Translations under genes and position numbers: made by a program
Source of the DNA: the human T2T-CHM13v2.0 reference genome, Homo sapiens
Strand: one strand, 5' to 3'
Assembly: GCF_009914755.1 (NCBI RefSeq)
Contig: NC_060926.1
Length of the DNA stretch: 64,000 bases
Notes under the pieces: model-generated
The model's input: the letters and a program-made list of their open reading frames with translations, nothing else
Told to the model about the DNA's origin: nothing
Database searches by the model: none
In this document: one piece after another, positions 11,401-24,490 of the stretch
How positions within the stretch are numbered: position 1 is the first letter of the stretch
Layout of the letters: every line of letters starts with the position of its first letter

Positions 11401-14400
11401 ATTTGTCTACCTTTGAGGATTTCGTTGGAAACGGGATTACATATAAAAAGCAGACAGCAGCATTCCCAGAAACTTCTTTGTGATGTTTGCATTCAAGTCA
11501 CAGAGTTGAACATTCCCTTTCATAGAGCAGGTTTGAAACACTCTTTTTGTAGTATCTGGATGTGGACATTTGGAGCGCTTTCAGGCCTATGGTGAAAAAG
11601 GAAATATCTTCCCCTGAAAACTAGACAGAAGCATTCTCAGAATGTTATTTGTTATGTGCGCCCTCAACTAACAGTGTTGAAGCTTTCTTTTGATAGAGCA
11701 GTTTTGAAACCCTCTTTTTGTAAAATCTGCAAGAGGAGATTTGGATAGCTTTGAGGATTTCTTTGGAAACGGGATTGTCTTCATATAAACTCTAGACAGA
11801 AGCATTCTCAGAAGCTTCATTGGGATGTTTCAATTGAAGTCACAGTGTTGAACAGTCCCTTTCATAGAGCAGGTTTGAAACACTCTTTTTGTAGTATCTG
11901 GATGTGGACATTTAGAGCGCTTTCAGGCCTATGGTGAAAAAGGAAATATCTTCCCCTGAAAACTAGACAGAAGCATTCTCAGAAACTTATTTGTGATGTG
12001 CGCCCTCAACTAACAGTGTTGAAGCTTTCTTTTGATAGAGCAGTTTTGAAACACTCTTTTTGTGGAATCTGCAAGTGGATATTTGTCTAGCTTTGAGGAT
12101 TTCTTTGGAAACGGGATTACATATAAAAAGCAGACAGCAGCATTCCCAGAATCTTCTTTGTGATGTTTGCATTCAAGTCACAGAGTTGAACATTCCCTTT
12201 CATAGAGCAGGTTTGAAACACTCTTTTTATAGTATCTGGATGTGGACATTTGGAGCGCTTTCAGGCCTATGGTGAAAAAGGAAATATCTTCTCCTGAAAA
12301 CTAGACAGAAGCATTCTCAGAATCTTATTTGTGATGTGCGCCCTCAACTAACATTGTTGAAGCTTTCTTTTGATAGAGCAGTTTTGAAACACTCTTTTTG
12401 TAAAATCTGCAAGAGGATATTTGGATAGCTTTGAGGATTTCATTGGAAACGGGATTGTCTTCATATAAACTCTAGACAGAAGCATTCTCAGAAGCTTCAT
12501 TGGGATGTTTCAATTGAAGTCACAGTGTTGAACAGTCCCTTTCATAGAACAGGTTTGAAACACTCTTTTTGTAGTATCTGGAAGTGGACATTTGGAGCGC
12601 TCTCAGGACTATGGTGAAAAAGGAAATATCTTCCAATAAAAGCTACATAGAAGAAATGTCAGAAACTTTTTCATGATGTATCTACTCAGCTAACAGAGTT
12701 GAACCTTTCCTTTGAGAGAGCAGTTTTGAAACACTCTTTTTGTGGAATCTGTAAGTGGATATTTGTCTAGCTTTGAGGATTTCGTTGGAAACGGGATTAC
12801 ATATAAAAAGCAGACAGCAGCATTCCCAGGAACTTCTTTGTGATGTTTGCATTCAAGTCACAGAGTTGAACATTCCCTTTCATAGAGCAGGTTTGAAACA
12901 CTCTTTTTGTAGTATCTGGATGTGGACATTTGGAGCGCTTTCAGGCCTATGGTGAAAAAGGAAATATCTTCCCCTGAAAACTAGACAGAAGCATTCTCAG
13001 AAACTAATTTGTGATGTGCGCCCTCAACTAACAGTGTTGAAGCTTTCTTTTGATAGAGCAGTTTTGAAACACTCTTTTTGTAATATCTGCAAGAGGATAT
13101 TTGGATATCTTTGAGGATTTCGTTGGAAACGGGATTGTCCTCATATAAACTCTAGACAGAAGCATTCTCAGAAGCTTCATTGGGATGTTTCAATTGAAGT
13201 CACAGTGTTGAACAGTCCCTTTCATAGAGCAGGTTTGAAACACTCTTTTTGTAGTATCTGGAAGTGGACATTTGGAGAGATCTCAGGAATACGGTGATAA
13301 AGGAAATATCTTCCAATAAAAGCTAGATAGAAGCAAAGTCAGAAACTTTTTCATGATGTATCTACTCAGCTAACAGAGTTGAACCTTTCTTTTGAGAGAG
13401 CAGTTTTGAAACACTCTTTTTGTGGAATCTGCAAGTGGATATTTGTCTAGCTTTGAGGATTTCGTTGGAAACGGGATTACATATAAAAAGCAGACAGCAG
13501 CATTCCCAGAAACTTCTTTGTGAAGTTTGCATTCAAGTCACAGAGTTGAACATTCCCTTTCATAGAGCAGGTTTGAAACACTCTTTTTGTAGTATCTGTA
13601 TGTGGACATTTGGAGCGCTTTCAGGCCTATGGTGAAAAAGGAAATATCTTCCCCTGAAAACTAGACAGAAGCATTCTCAGAATCTTATTTGTGATGTGCG
13701 CCCTCAACTAACAGTGTTGAAGCTTTCTTTTGATAGAGCAGTTTTGAAACACTCTTTTTGTAAAATCTGCAAGAGGATATTTGGATAGCTTTGAGGATTT
13801 CGTTGGAAACGGGATTGTGTTCATATAAACTCTAGACAGAAGCATTCTCAGAAGCTTCATTGGGATGTTTCAATTGAAGTCACAGTGTTGAACAGTCCCT
13901 TTCATAGAGCAGGTTTGAAACACTCTTTTTGTAGTATCTGGAAGTGGACATTTGGAGCGCTCTCAGGACTGCGGTGAAAAAGGAAATATCTTCCAATAAA
14001 AGCTAGATAGAAGCAATGTCAGAAACTTTTTCATGATGTATCTACTCAGCTAACAGAGTTGAACCTTCCTTTGAGAGAGCAGTTTTGAAACACTCTTTTT
14101 GTGGAATCTGCAAGTGGATATTTGTCTAGCTTTGAGGATTTCGTTGGAAACGGGATTACATATAAAAAGCAGACAGCAGCATTCCCAGAAACTTCTTTGT
14201 GATGTTTGCATTCAAGTCACAGAGTTGAACATTCCCTTTCATAGAGCAGGTTTGAAACACTCTTTTTGTAGTATCTGGATGTGGACATTTGCAGCGCTTT
14301 CAGGCCTAAGGTGAAAAAGGAAATATCTTCCCCTGAAAACTAGACAGAAGCATTCTCAGAAACTTATTTGTGATGTGCGCCCTCAACTAACAGTGTTGAA

Positions 14401-14607
14401 GCTTTCTTTTGATAGAGCAGTTTTGAAACACTCTTTTTGTGGAATCTGCAAGTGGATATTTGTCTAGCTTTGAGGATTTCGATGGAAACGGGATTACATA
14501 TAAAAAGCAGACAGCAGCATTCCCAGAATCTTGTTTGTGATGTTTGCATTCAAGTGACAGAGTTGAACATTCCCTTTCAGAGAGCAGGTTTGAAACACTC
14601 TTTTTAT

Positions 14608-17357
14608 AGTATCTGGATGTGGACATTTGGAGTGCTTTCAGGCCTATGGTGAAAAAGGAAATATCTTCTCCTGAAATCTAGACAGAAGCATTCTCAGAAT
14701 CTTATTTGTGATGTGCACCCTCAAGTAACAGTGTTGAAGCTTTCTTTTGATAGAGCAGTTTTGAAACACTCTTTTCGTAAAATCTGCAAGAGGACATTTG
14801 GATAGCTTTGAGGATTTCGTTGGAAACGGGATTGACTTCATATAAACTCTAGACAGAAGCATTCTCAGAAGCTTCATTGGGATGTTTCAACTGAAGTCAC
14901 AGTGTTGAACAGTCCCTTTCATAGAGCAGGTTTGAAACACTCTTTTTGTAGTATCTGGAAGTGGACATTTGGAGCGCTCTCAGGACTGCGGTGAAAAAGG
15001 AAATATCTTCCAATAAAAGCTAGATAGAAGCAATGTCAGAAACTTTTTCATGATGTATCTACTCAGCTAACAGAGTTGAACCTTCCTTTGAGAGAGCAGT
15101 TTTGAAACACTCTTTTTGTGGAATCTGCAAGTGGATATTTGTCTAGCTTTGAGGATTTCGTTGGAAACGGGATTACATATAAAAAGCAGACAGCGGCATT
15201 CCCAGAAACTTCTTTGTGATGTTTGCATTCAAGTCACAGAGTTGAACATTCCCTTTCATAGAGCAGGTTTGAAACACTCTTTTTGTAGTATCTGGATGTG
15301 GACATTTACAGCGCTTTCAGGCCTAAGGTGAAAAAGGAAATATCTTCCCCTGAAAACTAGACAGAAGCATTCTCAGAAACTTATTTGTGATGTGCGCCCT
15401 CAACTAACAGTGTTGAAGCTTTCTTTTGATAGAGCAGTTTTGAAAAACTCTTTTTGTGGAATCTGCAAGTGGATATTTGTCTAGCTTTGAGGATTTCGTT
15501 GGAAACGGGATTACATATAAAAAGCAGACAGCAGCATTCCCAGAATCTTGTTTGTGATGTTTGCATTCAAGTCACAGAGTTGAACATTCCCTTTCAGAGA
15601 GCAGGTTTGAAACACTCTTTTTGTAGTATCTGGATGTGGACATTTGGAGCGCTTTCAGGCCTATGGTGAAAAAGGAAATATCTTCTCCTGAAAACTAGAC
15701 AGAAGCATTCTCAGAAACTTATTTGTGATGTGCGCCCTCAACTAACAGTGTTGAACCTTTCTTTTGATAGAGCAGTTTTGAAACACTCTTTTTGTAATAT
15801 CTGCAAGAGGATATTTGGATAGCTTTGAGGATTTCGTTGGAAACGGGATTGTCTTCATATAAACTCTAGACAGAAGCATTCTCAGAAGCTTCATTGGGAC
15901 GTTTCAATTGAAGTCACAGTGTTGAACAGTTCCTTTCATAGAACAGGTTTGAAACACTCTTTTTGTAGTATCTGGAAGTGGACATTTGGAGCGCTCTCAG
16001 GACTATGGTGAAAAAGGAAATATCTTCCAATAAAAGCTACATAGAAGAAATGTCAGAAACTTTTTCATGATGTATCTACTCAGCTAACAGAGTTGAACCT
16101 TTCCTTTGAGAGAGCAGTTTTGAAACACTCTTTTTGTGGAATCTGTAAGTGGATATTTGTCAAGCTTTGAGGATTTCGTTGGAAACGGGATTACATATAA
16201 AAAGCAGACAGCAGCATTCCCAGTAACTTCTTTGTGATGTTTGCATTCAAGTCACAGAGTTGAACATTCCCTTTCATAGAGCAGGTTTGAAACACTCTTT
16301 TTGTAGTATCTGGATGTGGACATTTGGAGCGCTTTCAGGCCTATGGTGAAAAAGGAAATATCTTCCCCTGAAAACTAGACAGAAGCATTCTCAGAAACTA
16401 ATTTGTGATGTGCGACCTCAACTAACAGTGTTGAAGCTTTCTTTTGATAGAGCAGTTTTGAAACACTCTTTTTGTAATATCTGCAAGAGGATATTTGGAT
16501 ATCTTTGAGGATTTCGTTGGAAACGGGATTGTCTTCATATAAACTCTAGACAGAAGCATTCTCAGAAGCTTCATTGGGATGTTTCAATTGAAGTCACAGT
16601 GTTGAACAGTCCCTTTCATAGAGCAGGTTTGAAACACTCTTTTTGTAGTATCTGGAAGTGGACATTTGGAGAGATCTCAGGAATACGGTGATAAAGGAAA
16701 TATCTTCCAATAAAAGCTAGATAGAAGCAAAGTCAGAAACTTTTTCATGATGTATCTACTCAGCTAACAGAGTTGAACCTTTCTTTTGAGAGAGCAGTTT
16801 TGAAACACTCTTTTTGTGGAATCTGCAAGTGGATATTTGTCTAGCTTTGAGGATTTCGTTGGAAACGGGATTACATATAAAAAGCAGACAGCAGCATTCC
16901 CAGAAACTTCTTTGTGAAGTTTGCATTCAAGTCACAGAGTTGAACATTCCCTTTCATAGAGCAGGTTTGAAACACTCTTTTTGTAGTATCTGTATGTGGA
17001 CATTTGGAGCGCTTTCAGGCCTATGGTGAAAAAGGAAATATCTTCCCCTGAAAACTAGACAGAAGCATTCTCAGAATCTTATTTGTGATGTGCGCCCTCA
17101 ACTAACAGTGTTGAAGCTTTCTTTTGATAGAGCAGTTTTGAAACACTCTTTTTGTAAAATCTGCAAGAGGATATTTGGATAGCTTTGAGGATTTCGTTGG
17201 AAACGGGATTGTCTTCATATAAACTCTAGACAGAAGCATTCTCAGAAGCTTCATTGGGATGTTTCAATTGAAGTCACAGTGTTGAACAGTCCCTTTCATA
17301 GAGCAGGTTTGAAACACTCTTTTTGTAGTATCTGGAAGTGGACATTTGGAGCGCTCT
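14608..17357 (+). repeat. Duplicate of 1-~2750 (offset 14607)
   Basis: Shared rare variants gaaatctagac, gtgcaccc, gaggacat, caactgaag, cagcgRcatt, atttacagcg. ORF offsets 509/15116, 847/15454, 2207/16814. Confidence 0.9.
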
Positions 17358-20300
17358 CAGGACTGCGGTGAAAAAGGAAATATCTTCCAATAAAAGCTAG
17401 ATAGAAGCAATGTCAGAAACTTTTTCATGATGTATCTACTCAGCTAAAAGAGTTGAACCTTCCTTTGAGAGAGCAGTTTTGAAACACTCTTTTTGTGGAA
17501 TCTGCAAGTGGATATTTGTCTAGCTTTGAGGATTTCGTTGGAAACGGGATTACATATAAAAAGCAGACAGCAGCATTCCCAGAAACTTCTTTGTGATGTT
17601 TTCATTCAAGTCACAGAGTTGAACATTCCCTTTCATAGAGCAGGTTTGAAACACTCTTTTTGTAGTATCTGGATGTGGACATTTGCAGCGCTTTCAGGCC
17701 TAAGGTGAAAAAGGAAATATCTTCCCCTGAAAACTAGACAGAAGCATTCTCAGACACTTATTTGTGATGTGCGCCCTCAACTAACAGTGTTGAAGCTTTC
17801 TTTTGATAGAGCAGTTTTGAAACACTCTTTTTGTGGAATCTGCAAGTGGATATTTGTCTAGGTTTGAGGATTTCGTTGGAAACGGGATTACATATAAAAA
17901 GCAGACAGCAGCATTCCCAGAATCTTCTTTGTGATGTTTGCATTCAAGTCACAGAGTTGAACATTCCCTTTCATAGAGCAGGTTTGAAACACTCTTTTTA
18001 TAGTATCTGGATGTGGACATTTGGAGCGCTTTCAGGCCTATGGTGAAAAAGGAAATATCTTCTCCTGAAAACTAGACAGAAGCATTCTCAGAATCTTATT
18101 TGTGATGTGCGCCCTCAACTAACAGTGTTGAAGCTTTCTTTTGATAGAGCAGTTTTGAAACACTCTTTTTGTAAAATCTGCAAGAGGATATTTGGATAGC
18201 TTTGAGGATTTCATTGGAAACGGGATTGTCTTCATATAAACTCTAGACAGAAGCATTCTCAGAAGCTTCATTGGGATGTTTCAATTGAAGTCACAGCGTT
18301 GAACAGTCCCTTTCATAGAGCAGGTTTGAAACACTCTTTTTGTAGTACCTGGAAGTGGGCATTTGGAGCGCTCTCAGGACTACGGTGAAAAAGGAAATAT
18401 CTTCCAATAAAAGCTACATAGAAGCAATGTCAGAAACTTTTTCATGATGTATCTACTCAGCTAACAGAGTTGAACCTTTCTTTTGAGAGAGCAGTTTTGA
18501 AACACTCTTTTTGTGGAATCTGGAAGTGGATATTTGTCTAGCTTTGAGGATTTCGTTGGAAACGGGATTACATATAAAAAGCAGACAGCAGCATTCCCAG
18601 TAACTTCTTCGTGATGTTTGCATTCAAGTCACAGAGTTGAACATTCCCTTTCATAGAGCAGGTTTGAAACACTCTTTTTGTAGTATCTGGATGTGGACAT
18701 TTGGAGCGCTTTCAGGCCTATGGTGAAAAAGGAAATATCTTCCCCTGAAAACTAGACAGAAGCATTCTCAGAATCTTATTTGTGATGTGCGCCCTCAACT
18801 AACAGTGTTGAAGCTTTCTTTTGATAGAGCAGTTTTGAAACACTCTTTTTGTAAAATCTGCAAGAGGATATTTGGATAGCTTTGAGGATTTCGTTGGAAA
18901 CGGGATTGTCTTCATATAAACTCTAGACAGAAGCATTCTCAGAAGCTTCATTGGGATGTTTCAATTGAAGTCACAGTGTTGAACAGTCCCTTTCATAGAG
19001 CAGGTTTGAAACACTCTTTTTGTTGTATCTGGAAGTGGACATTTGGAGAGATCTCAGGAATACGGTGATAAAGGAAATATCTTCCAATAAAAGCTAGATA
19101 GAAGCAATGTCAGAAACTTTTTCATGATGTATCTACTCAGCTAACAGAGTTGAACCTTTCTTTTGAGAGAGCAGTTTTGAAACACTCTTTTTGTGGAATC
19201 TGCAAGTGGATATTTGTCTAGCTTTGAGGATTTCGTTGGAAACGGGATTACATATAAAAAGCAGACAGCAGCATTCCCAGAAACTTCTTTGTGATGTTTG
19301 CATTCAAGTCACAGAGTTGAACATTCCCTTTCATAGAGCAGGTTTGAAACACTCTTTTTGTAGTATCTGGATGTGGACATTTGGAGCGCTTTCAGGCCTA
19401 TGGTGAAAAAGGAAATATCTTCCCCTGAAAACTAGACAGAAGCATTCTCAGAATGTTATTTGTTATGTGCGCCCTCAACTAACAGTGTTGAAGCTTTCTT
19501 TTGATAGAGCAGTTTTGAAACACTCTTTTTGTAAAATCTGCAAGAGGAGATTTGGATAGCTTTGAGGATTTCTTTGGAAACGGGATTGTCTTCATATAAA
19601 CTCTAGACAGAAGCATTCTCAGAAGCTTCATTGGGATGTTTCAATTGAAGTCACAGTGTTGAACAGTCCCTTTCATAGAGCAGGTTTGAAACACTCTTTT
19701 TGTAGTATCTGGATGTGGACATTTAGAGCGATTTCAGGCCTATGGTGAAAAAGGAAATATCTTCCCCTGAAAACTAGACAGAAGCATTCTCAGAAACTTA
19801 TTTGTGATGTGCGCCCTCAACTAACAGTGTTGAAGCTTTCTTTTGATAGAGCAGTTTTGAAACACTCTTTTTGTGGAATCTGCAAGTGGATATTTGTCTA
19901 GCTTTGAGGATTTCTTTGGAAACGGGATTACATATAAAAAGCAGACAGCAGCATTCCCAGAATCTTCTTTGTGATGTTTGCATTCAAGTCACAGAGTTGA
20001 ACATTCCCTTTCATAGAGCAGGTTTGAAACACTCTTTTTATAGTATCTGGATGTGGACATTTGGAGCGCTTTCAGGCCTATGGTGAAAAAGGAAATATCT
20101 TCTCCTGAAAACTAGACAGAAGCATTCTCAGAATCTTATTTGTGATGTGCGCCCTCAAATAACAGTGTTGAAGCTTTCTTTTGATAGAGCAGTTTTGAAA
20201 CACTCTTTTTGTAAAATCTGCAAGAGGATATTTGGATAGCTTTGAGGATTTCACTGGAAACGGGATTGTCTTCATATAAACTCTAGACAGAAGCATTCTC

Positions 20301-22096
20301 AGAAGCTTCATTGGGATGTTTCAATTGAAGTCACAGTGTTGAACAGTCCCTTTCATAGAGCAGGTTTGAAACACTCTTTTTGTAGTATCTGGAAGTGGAC
20401 ATTTGGAGCGCTCTCAGGACTACGGTGAAAAAGGAAATATCTTCCAATAAAAGCTACATAGAAGCAATGTCAGAAACTTTTTCATGATGTATCTACTCAG
20501 CTAACAGAGTTGAACCTTTCTTTTGAGAGAGCAGTTTTGAAACACTCTTTTTGTGGAATCTGCAAGTGGATATTTGTCTAGCTTTGAGGATTTCGTTGGA
20601 AACGGGAATACATATAAAAAGAAGACAGCAGCATTCCCAGAAACTTCTTTGTGATGTTTGCATTCAAGTCACAGAGTTGAACATTCCCTTTCATAGAGCA
20701 GGTTTGAAACTCTCTTTTTGTAGTATCTGGATGTGGACATTTGGAGCGCTTTCAGGTCTATGGTGAAAAAGGAAATATCTTCCCCTGAAAACTAGACAGA
20801 AGCATTCTCAGAATCTTATTTGTGATGTGCGACCTCAACTAACAGTGTTGAAGCTTTCTTTTGATAGAGCAGTTTTGAAACACTCTTTTTGTAAAATCTG
20901 CAAGAGGATATTTGGATAGCTTTGAGGATTTCGTTGGAAACGGGATTGTCTTCATATAAACTCTAGACAGAAGCATTCTCAGAAGCTTCATTGGGATGTT
21001 TCAATTGAAGTCACAGTGTTGAACAGTCCCTTTCATAGAGCAGGTTTGAAACACTCTTTTTGTAGTATCTGGAAGTGGACATTTGGAGAGATCTCAGGAA
21101 TACGGTGAAAAAGGAAATATCTTCCAATAAAAGCTAGATAGAAGCAATGTCAGAAACTTTTTCATGATGTATCTACTCAGCTAACAGAGTTGAACCTTTC
21201 TTTTGAGAGAGCAGTTTTGAAACACTCTTTTTGTGGAATCTGCAAGTGGATATTTGTCTAGCTTTGAGGATTTCTTTGGAAACGGGAATACATATAAAAA
21301 GCAGACAGCAGCATTCCCAGAAACTTCTTTGTGATGTTTGCATTCAAGTCACAGAGTTGAACATTCCCTTTCATAGAGCAGGTTTGAAACACTCTTTTTG
21401 TAGTATCTGGATGTGGACATTTGGAGCGCTTTCAGGCCTATGGTGAAAAAGGAAATATCTTCCCCTGAAAACTAGACAGAAGCATTCTCAGAATCTTATT
21501 TGTGATGTGCGCCCTCAACTAACAGTGTTGAAGCTTTCTTTTGATAGAGCAGTTTTGAAACACTCTTTTTGTAAAATCTGCAAGAGGATATTTGGATAGC
21601 TTTGAGGATTTCGTTGGAAACGGGATTGTCTTCATATAAACTCTAGACAGAAGCATTCTCAGAAGCTTCATTGGGATGTTTCAATTGAAGTCACAGTGTT
21701 GAACAGTCCCTTTCATAGAGCAGGTTTGAAACACTCTTTTTGTAGTATCTGGATGTGGACATTTGGAGCGCTTTCAGGCCTATGGTTTAAAAGGAAATAT
21801 CTTCCCCTGAAAACTAGACAGAAGCATTCTTAGAAACTTATTTGTGATGTGCGCCCTCAACTAACAGTGTTGAAGCATTCTTTTGATAGAGCAGTTTTGA
21901 AACACTCTTTTTGTGGAATCTGCAAGTGGATATTTGTCTAGCTTTGAGGATTTCGTTGGAAACGGGATTACATATAAAAAGCAGACAGCAGCATTCCCAG
22001 AAACTTCTTTGTGATGTTTGCATTCAAGTCACAGAGTTGAACATTCCCTTTCAGAGAGCAGGTTTGAAACACTCTTTTTGTAGTATCTGGATGTGG

Positions 22097-24490
22097 ACAT
22101 TTGGAGCGCTTTCAGGCCTATGGTGAAAAAGGAAATATCTTCCCCTGAAAACTAGACAGAAGCATTCTCAGAATCTTATTTGTGATGTGCGCCCTCAACT
22201 AACAGTGTTGAAGCTTTCTTTTGATAGAGCAGTTTTGAAACACTCTTTTTGTAAAATCTGCAAGAGGATATTTGGATAGCTTTGAGGATTTCGTTGGAAA
22301 CGGGATTGTCTTCATATAAACTCTAGACAGAAGCATTCTCAGAAGCTTCATTGGGATGTTTCAATTGAAGTCACAGTGTTGAACAGTCCCTTTCATAGAG
22401 CAGGTTTGAAACACTCTTTTTGTAGTATCTGGAAGTGGACATTTGGAGCGCTCTCAGGACTGCGGTGAAAAAGGAAATATCTTCCAATAAAAGCTAGATA
22501 GAAGCAATGTCAGAAACTTTTTCATGATGTATCTACTCAGCTAAAAGAGTTGAACCTTCCTTTGAGAGAGCAGTTTTGAAACACTCTTTTTGTGGAATCT
22601 GCAAGTGGATATTTGTCTAGCTTTGAGGATTTCGTTGGAAACGGGATTACATATAAAAAGCAGACAGCAGCATTCCCAGAAACTTCTTTGTGATGTTTGC
22701 ATTCAAGTCACAGAGTTGAACATTCCCTTTCATAGAGCAGGTTTGAAACACTCTTTTTGTAGTATCTGGATGTGGACATTTGCAGCGCTTTCAGGCCTAA
22801 GGTGAAAAAGGAAATATCTTCCCCTGAAAACTAGACAGAAGCATTCTCAGACACTTATTTGTGATGTGCGCCCTCAACTAACAGTGTTGAAGCTTTCTTT
22901 TGATAGAGCAGTTTTGAAACACTCTTTTTGTGGAATCTGCAAGTGGATATTTGTCTAGGTTTGAGGATTTCGTTGGAAACGGGATTACATATAAAAAGCA
23001 GACAGCAGCATTCCCAGAATCTTCTTTGTGATGTTTGCATTCAAGTCACAGAGTTGAACATTCCCTTTCATAGAGCAGGTTTGAAACACTCTTTTTATAG
23101 TATCTGGATGTGGACATTTGGAGCGCTTTCAGGCCTATGGTGAAAAAGGAAATATCTTCTCCTGAAAACTAGACAGAAGCATTCTCAGAATCTTATTTGT
23201 GATGTGCGCCCTCAACTAACAGTGTTGAAGCTTTCTTTTGATAGAGCAGTTTTGAAACACTCTTTTTGTAAAATCTGCAAGAGGATATTTGGATAGCTTT
23301 GAGGATTTCATTGGAAACGGGATTGTCTTCATATAAACTCTAGACAGAAGCATTCTCAGATGCTTCATTGGGATGTTTCAATTGAAGTCACAGTGTTGAA
23401 CAGTCCCTTTCATAGAGCAGGTTTGAAACACTCTTTTTGTAGTACCTGGAAGTGGGCATTTGGAGCGCTCTCAGGACTACGGTGAAAAAGGAAATATCTT
23501 CCAATAAAAGCTACATAGAAGCAATGTCAGAAACTTTTTCATGATGTATCTACTCAGCTAACAGAGTTGAACCTTTCTTTTGAGAGAGCAGTTTTGAAAC
23601 ACTCTTTTTGTGGAATCTGGAAGTGGATATTTGTCTAGCTTTGAGGATTTCGTTGGAAACGGGATTACATATAAAAAGCAGACAGCAGCATTCCCAGTAA
23701 CTTCTTTGTGATGTTTGCATTCAAGTCACAGAGTTGAACATTCCCTTTCATAGAGCAGGTTTGAAACACTCTTTTTGTAGTATCTGGATGTGGACATTTG
23801 GAGCGCTTTCAGGCCTATGGTGAAAAAGGAAATATCTTCCCCTGAAAACTAGACAGAAGCATTCTCAGAATCTTATTTGTGATGTGCGCCCTCAACTAAC
23901 AGTGTTGAAGCTTTCTTTTGATAGAGCAGTTTTGAAACACTCTTTTTGTAAAATCTGCAAGAGGATATTTGGATAGCTTTGAGGATTTCGTTGGAAACGG
24001 GATTGTCTTCATATAAACTCTAGACAGAAGCATTCTCAGAAGCTTCATTGGGATGTTTCAATTGAAGTCACAGTGTTGAACAGTCCCTTTCATAGAGCAG
24101 GTTTGAAACACTCTTTTTGTTGTATCTGGAAGTGGACATTTGGAGAGATCTCAGGAATACGGTGATAAAGGAAATATCTTCCAATAAAAGCTAGATAGAA
24201 GCAATGTCAGAAACTTTTTCATGATGTATCTACTCAGCTAACAGAGTTGAACCTTTCTTTTGAGAGAGCAGTTTTGAAACACTCTTTTTGTGGAATCTGC
24301 AAGTGGATATTTGTCTAGCTTTGAGGATTTCGTTGGAAACGGGATTACATATAAAAAGCAGACAGCAGCATTCCCAGAAACTTCTTTGTGATGTTTGCAT
24401 TCAAGTCACAGAGTTGAACATTCCCTTTCATAGAGCAGGTTTGAAACACTCTTTTTGTAGTATCTGGATGTGGACATTTGGAGCGCTTTC
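22097..24490 (+). repeat. Duplicate of ~17000-19390 (offset 5097, 30 monomers)
   Basis: Shared cagctaaaag, cagacactta, tctaggtttg, gtacctggaagtgggc, tgttgtatct. ORF offsets 17493/22590, 17831/22928, 19191/24288. Confidence 0.9.

Noticed and set aside
14477-14493. Variant box tttcgatggaaacggga (also ~26026, ~50148)
   Set aside because: The change is at a non-core position of NTTCGNNNNANNCGGGN, so it was not counted as disrupted.
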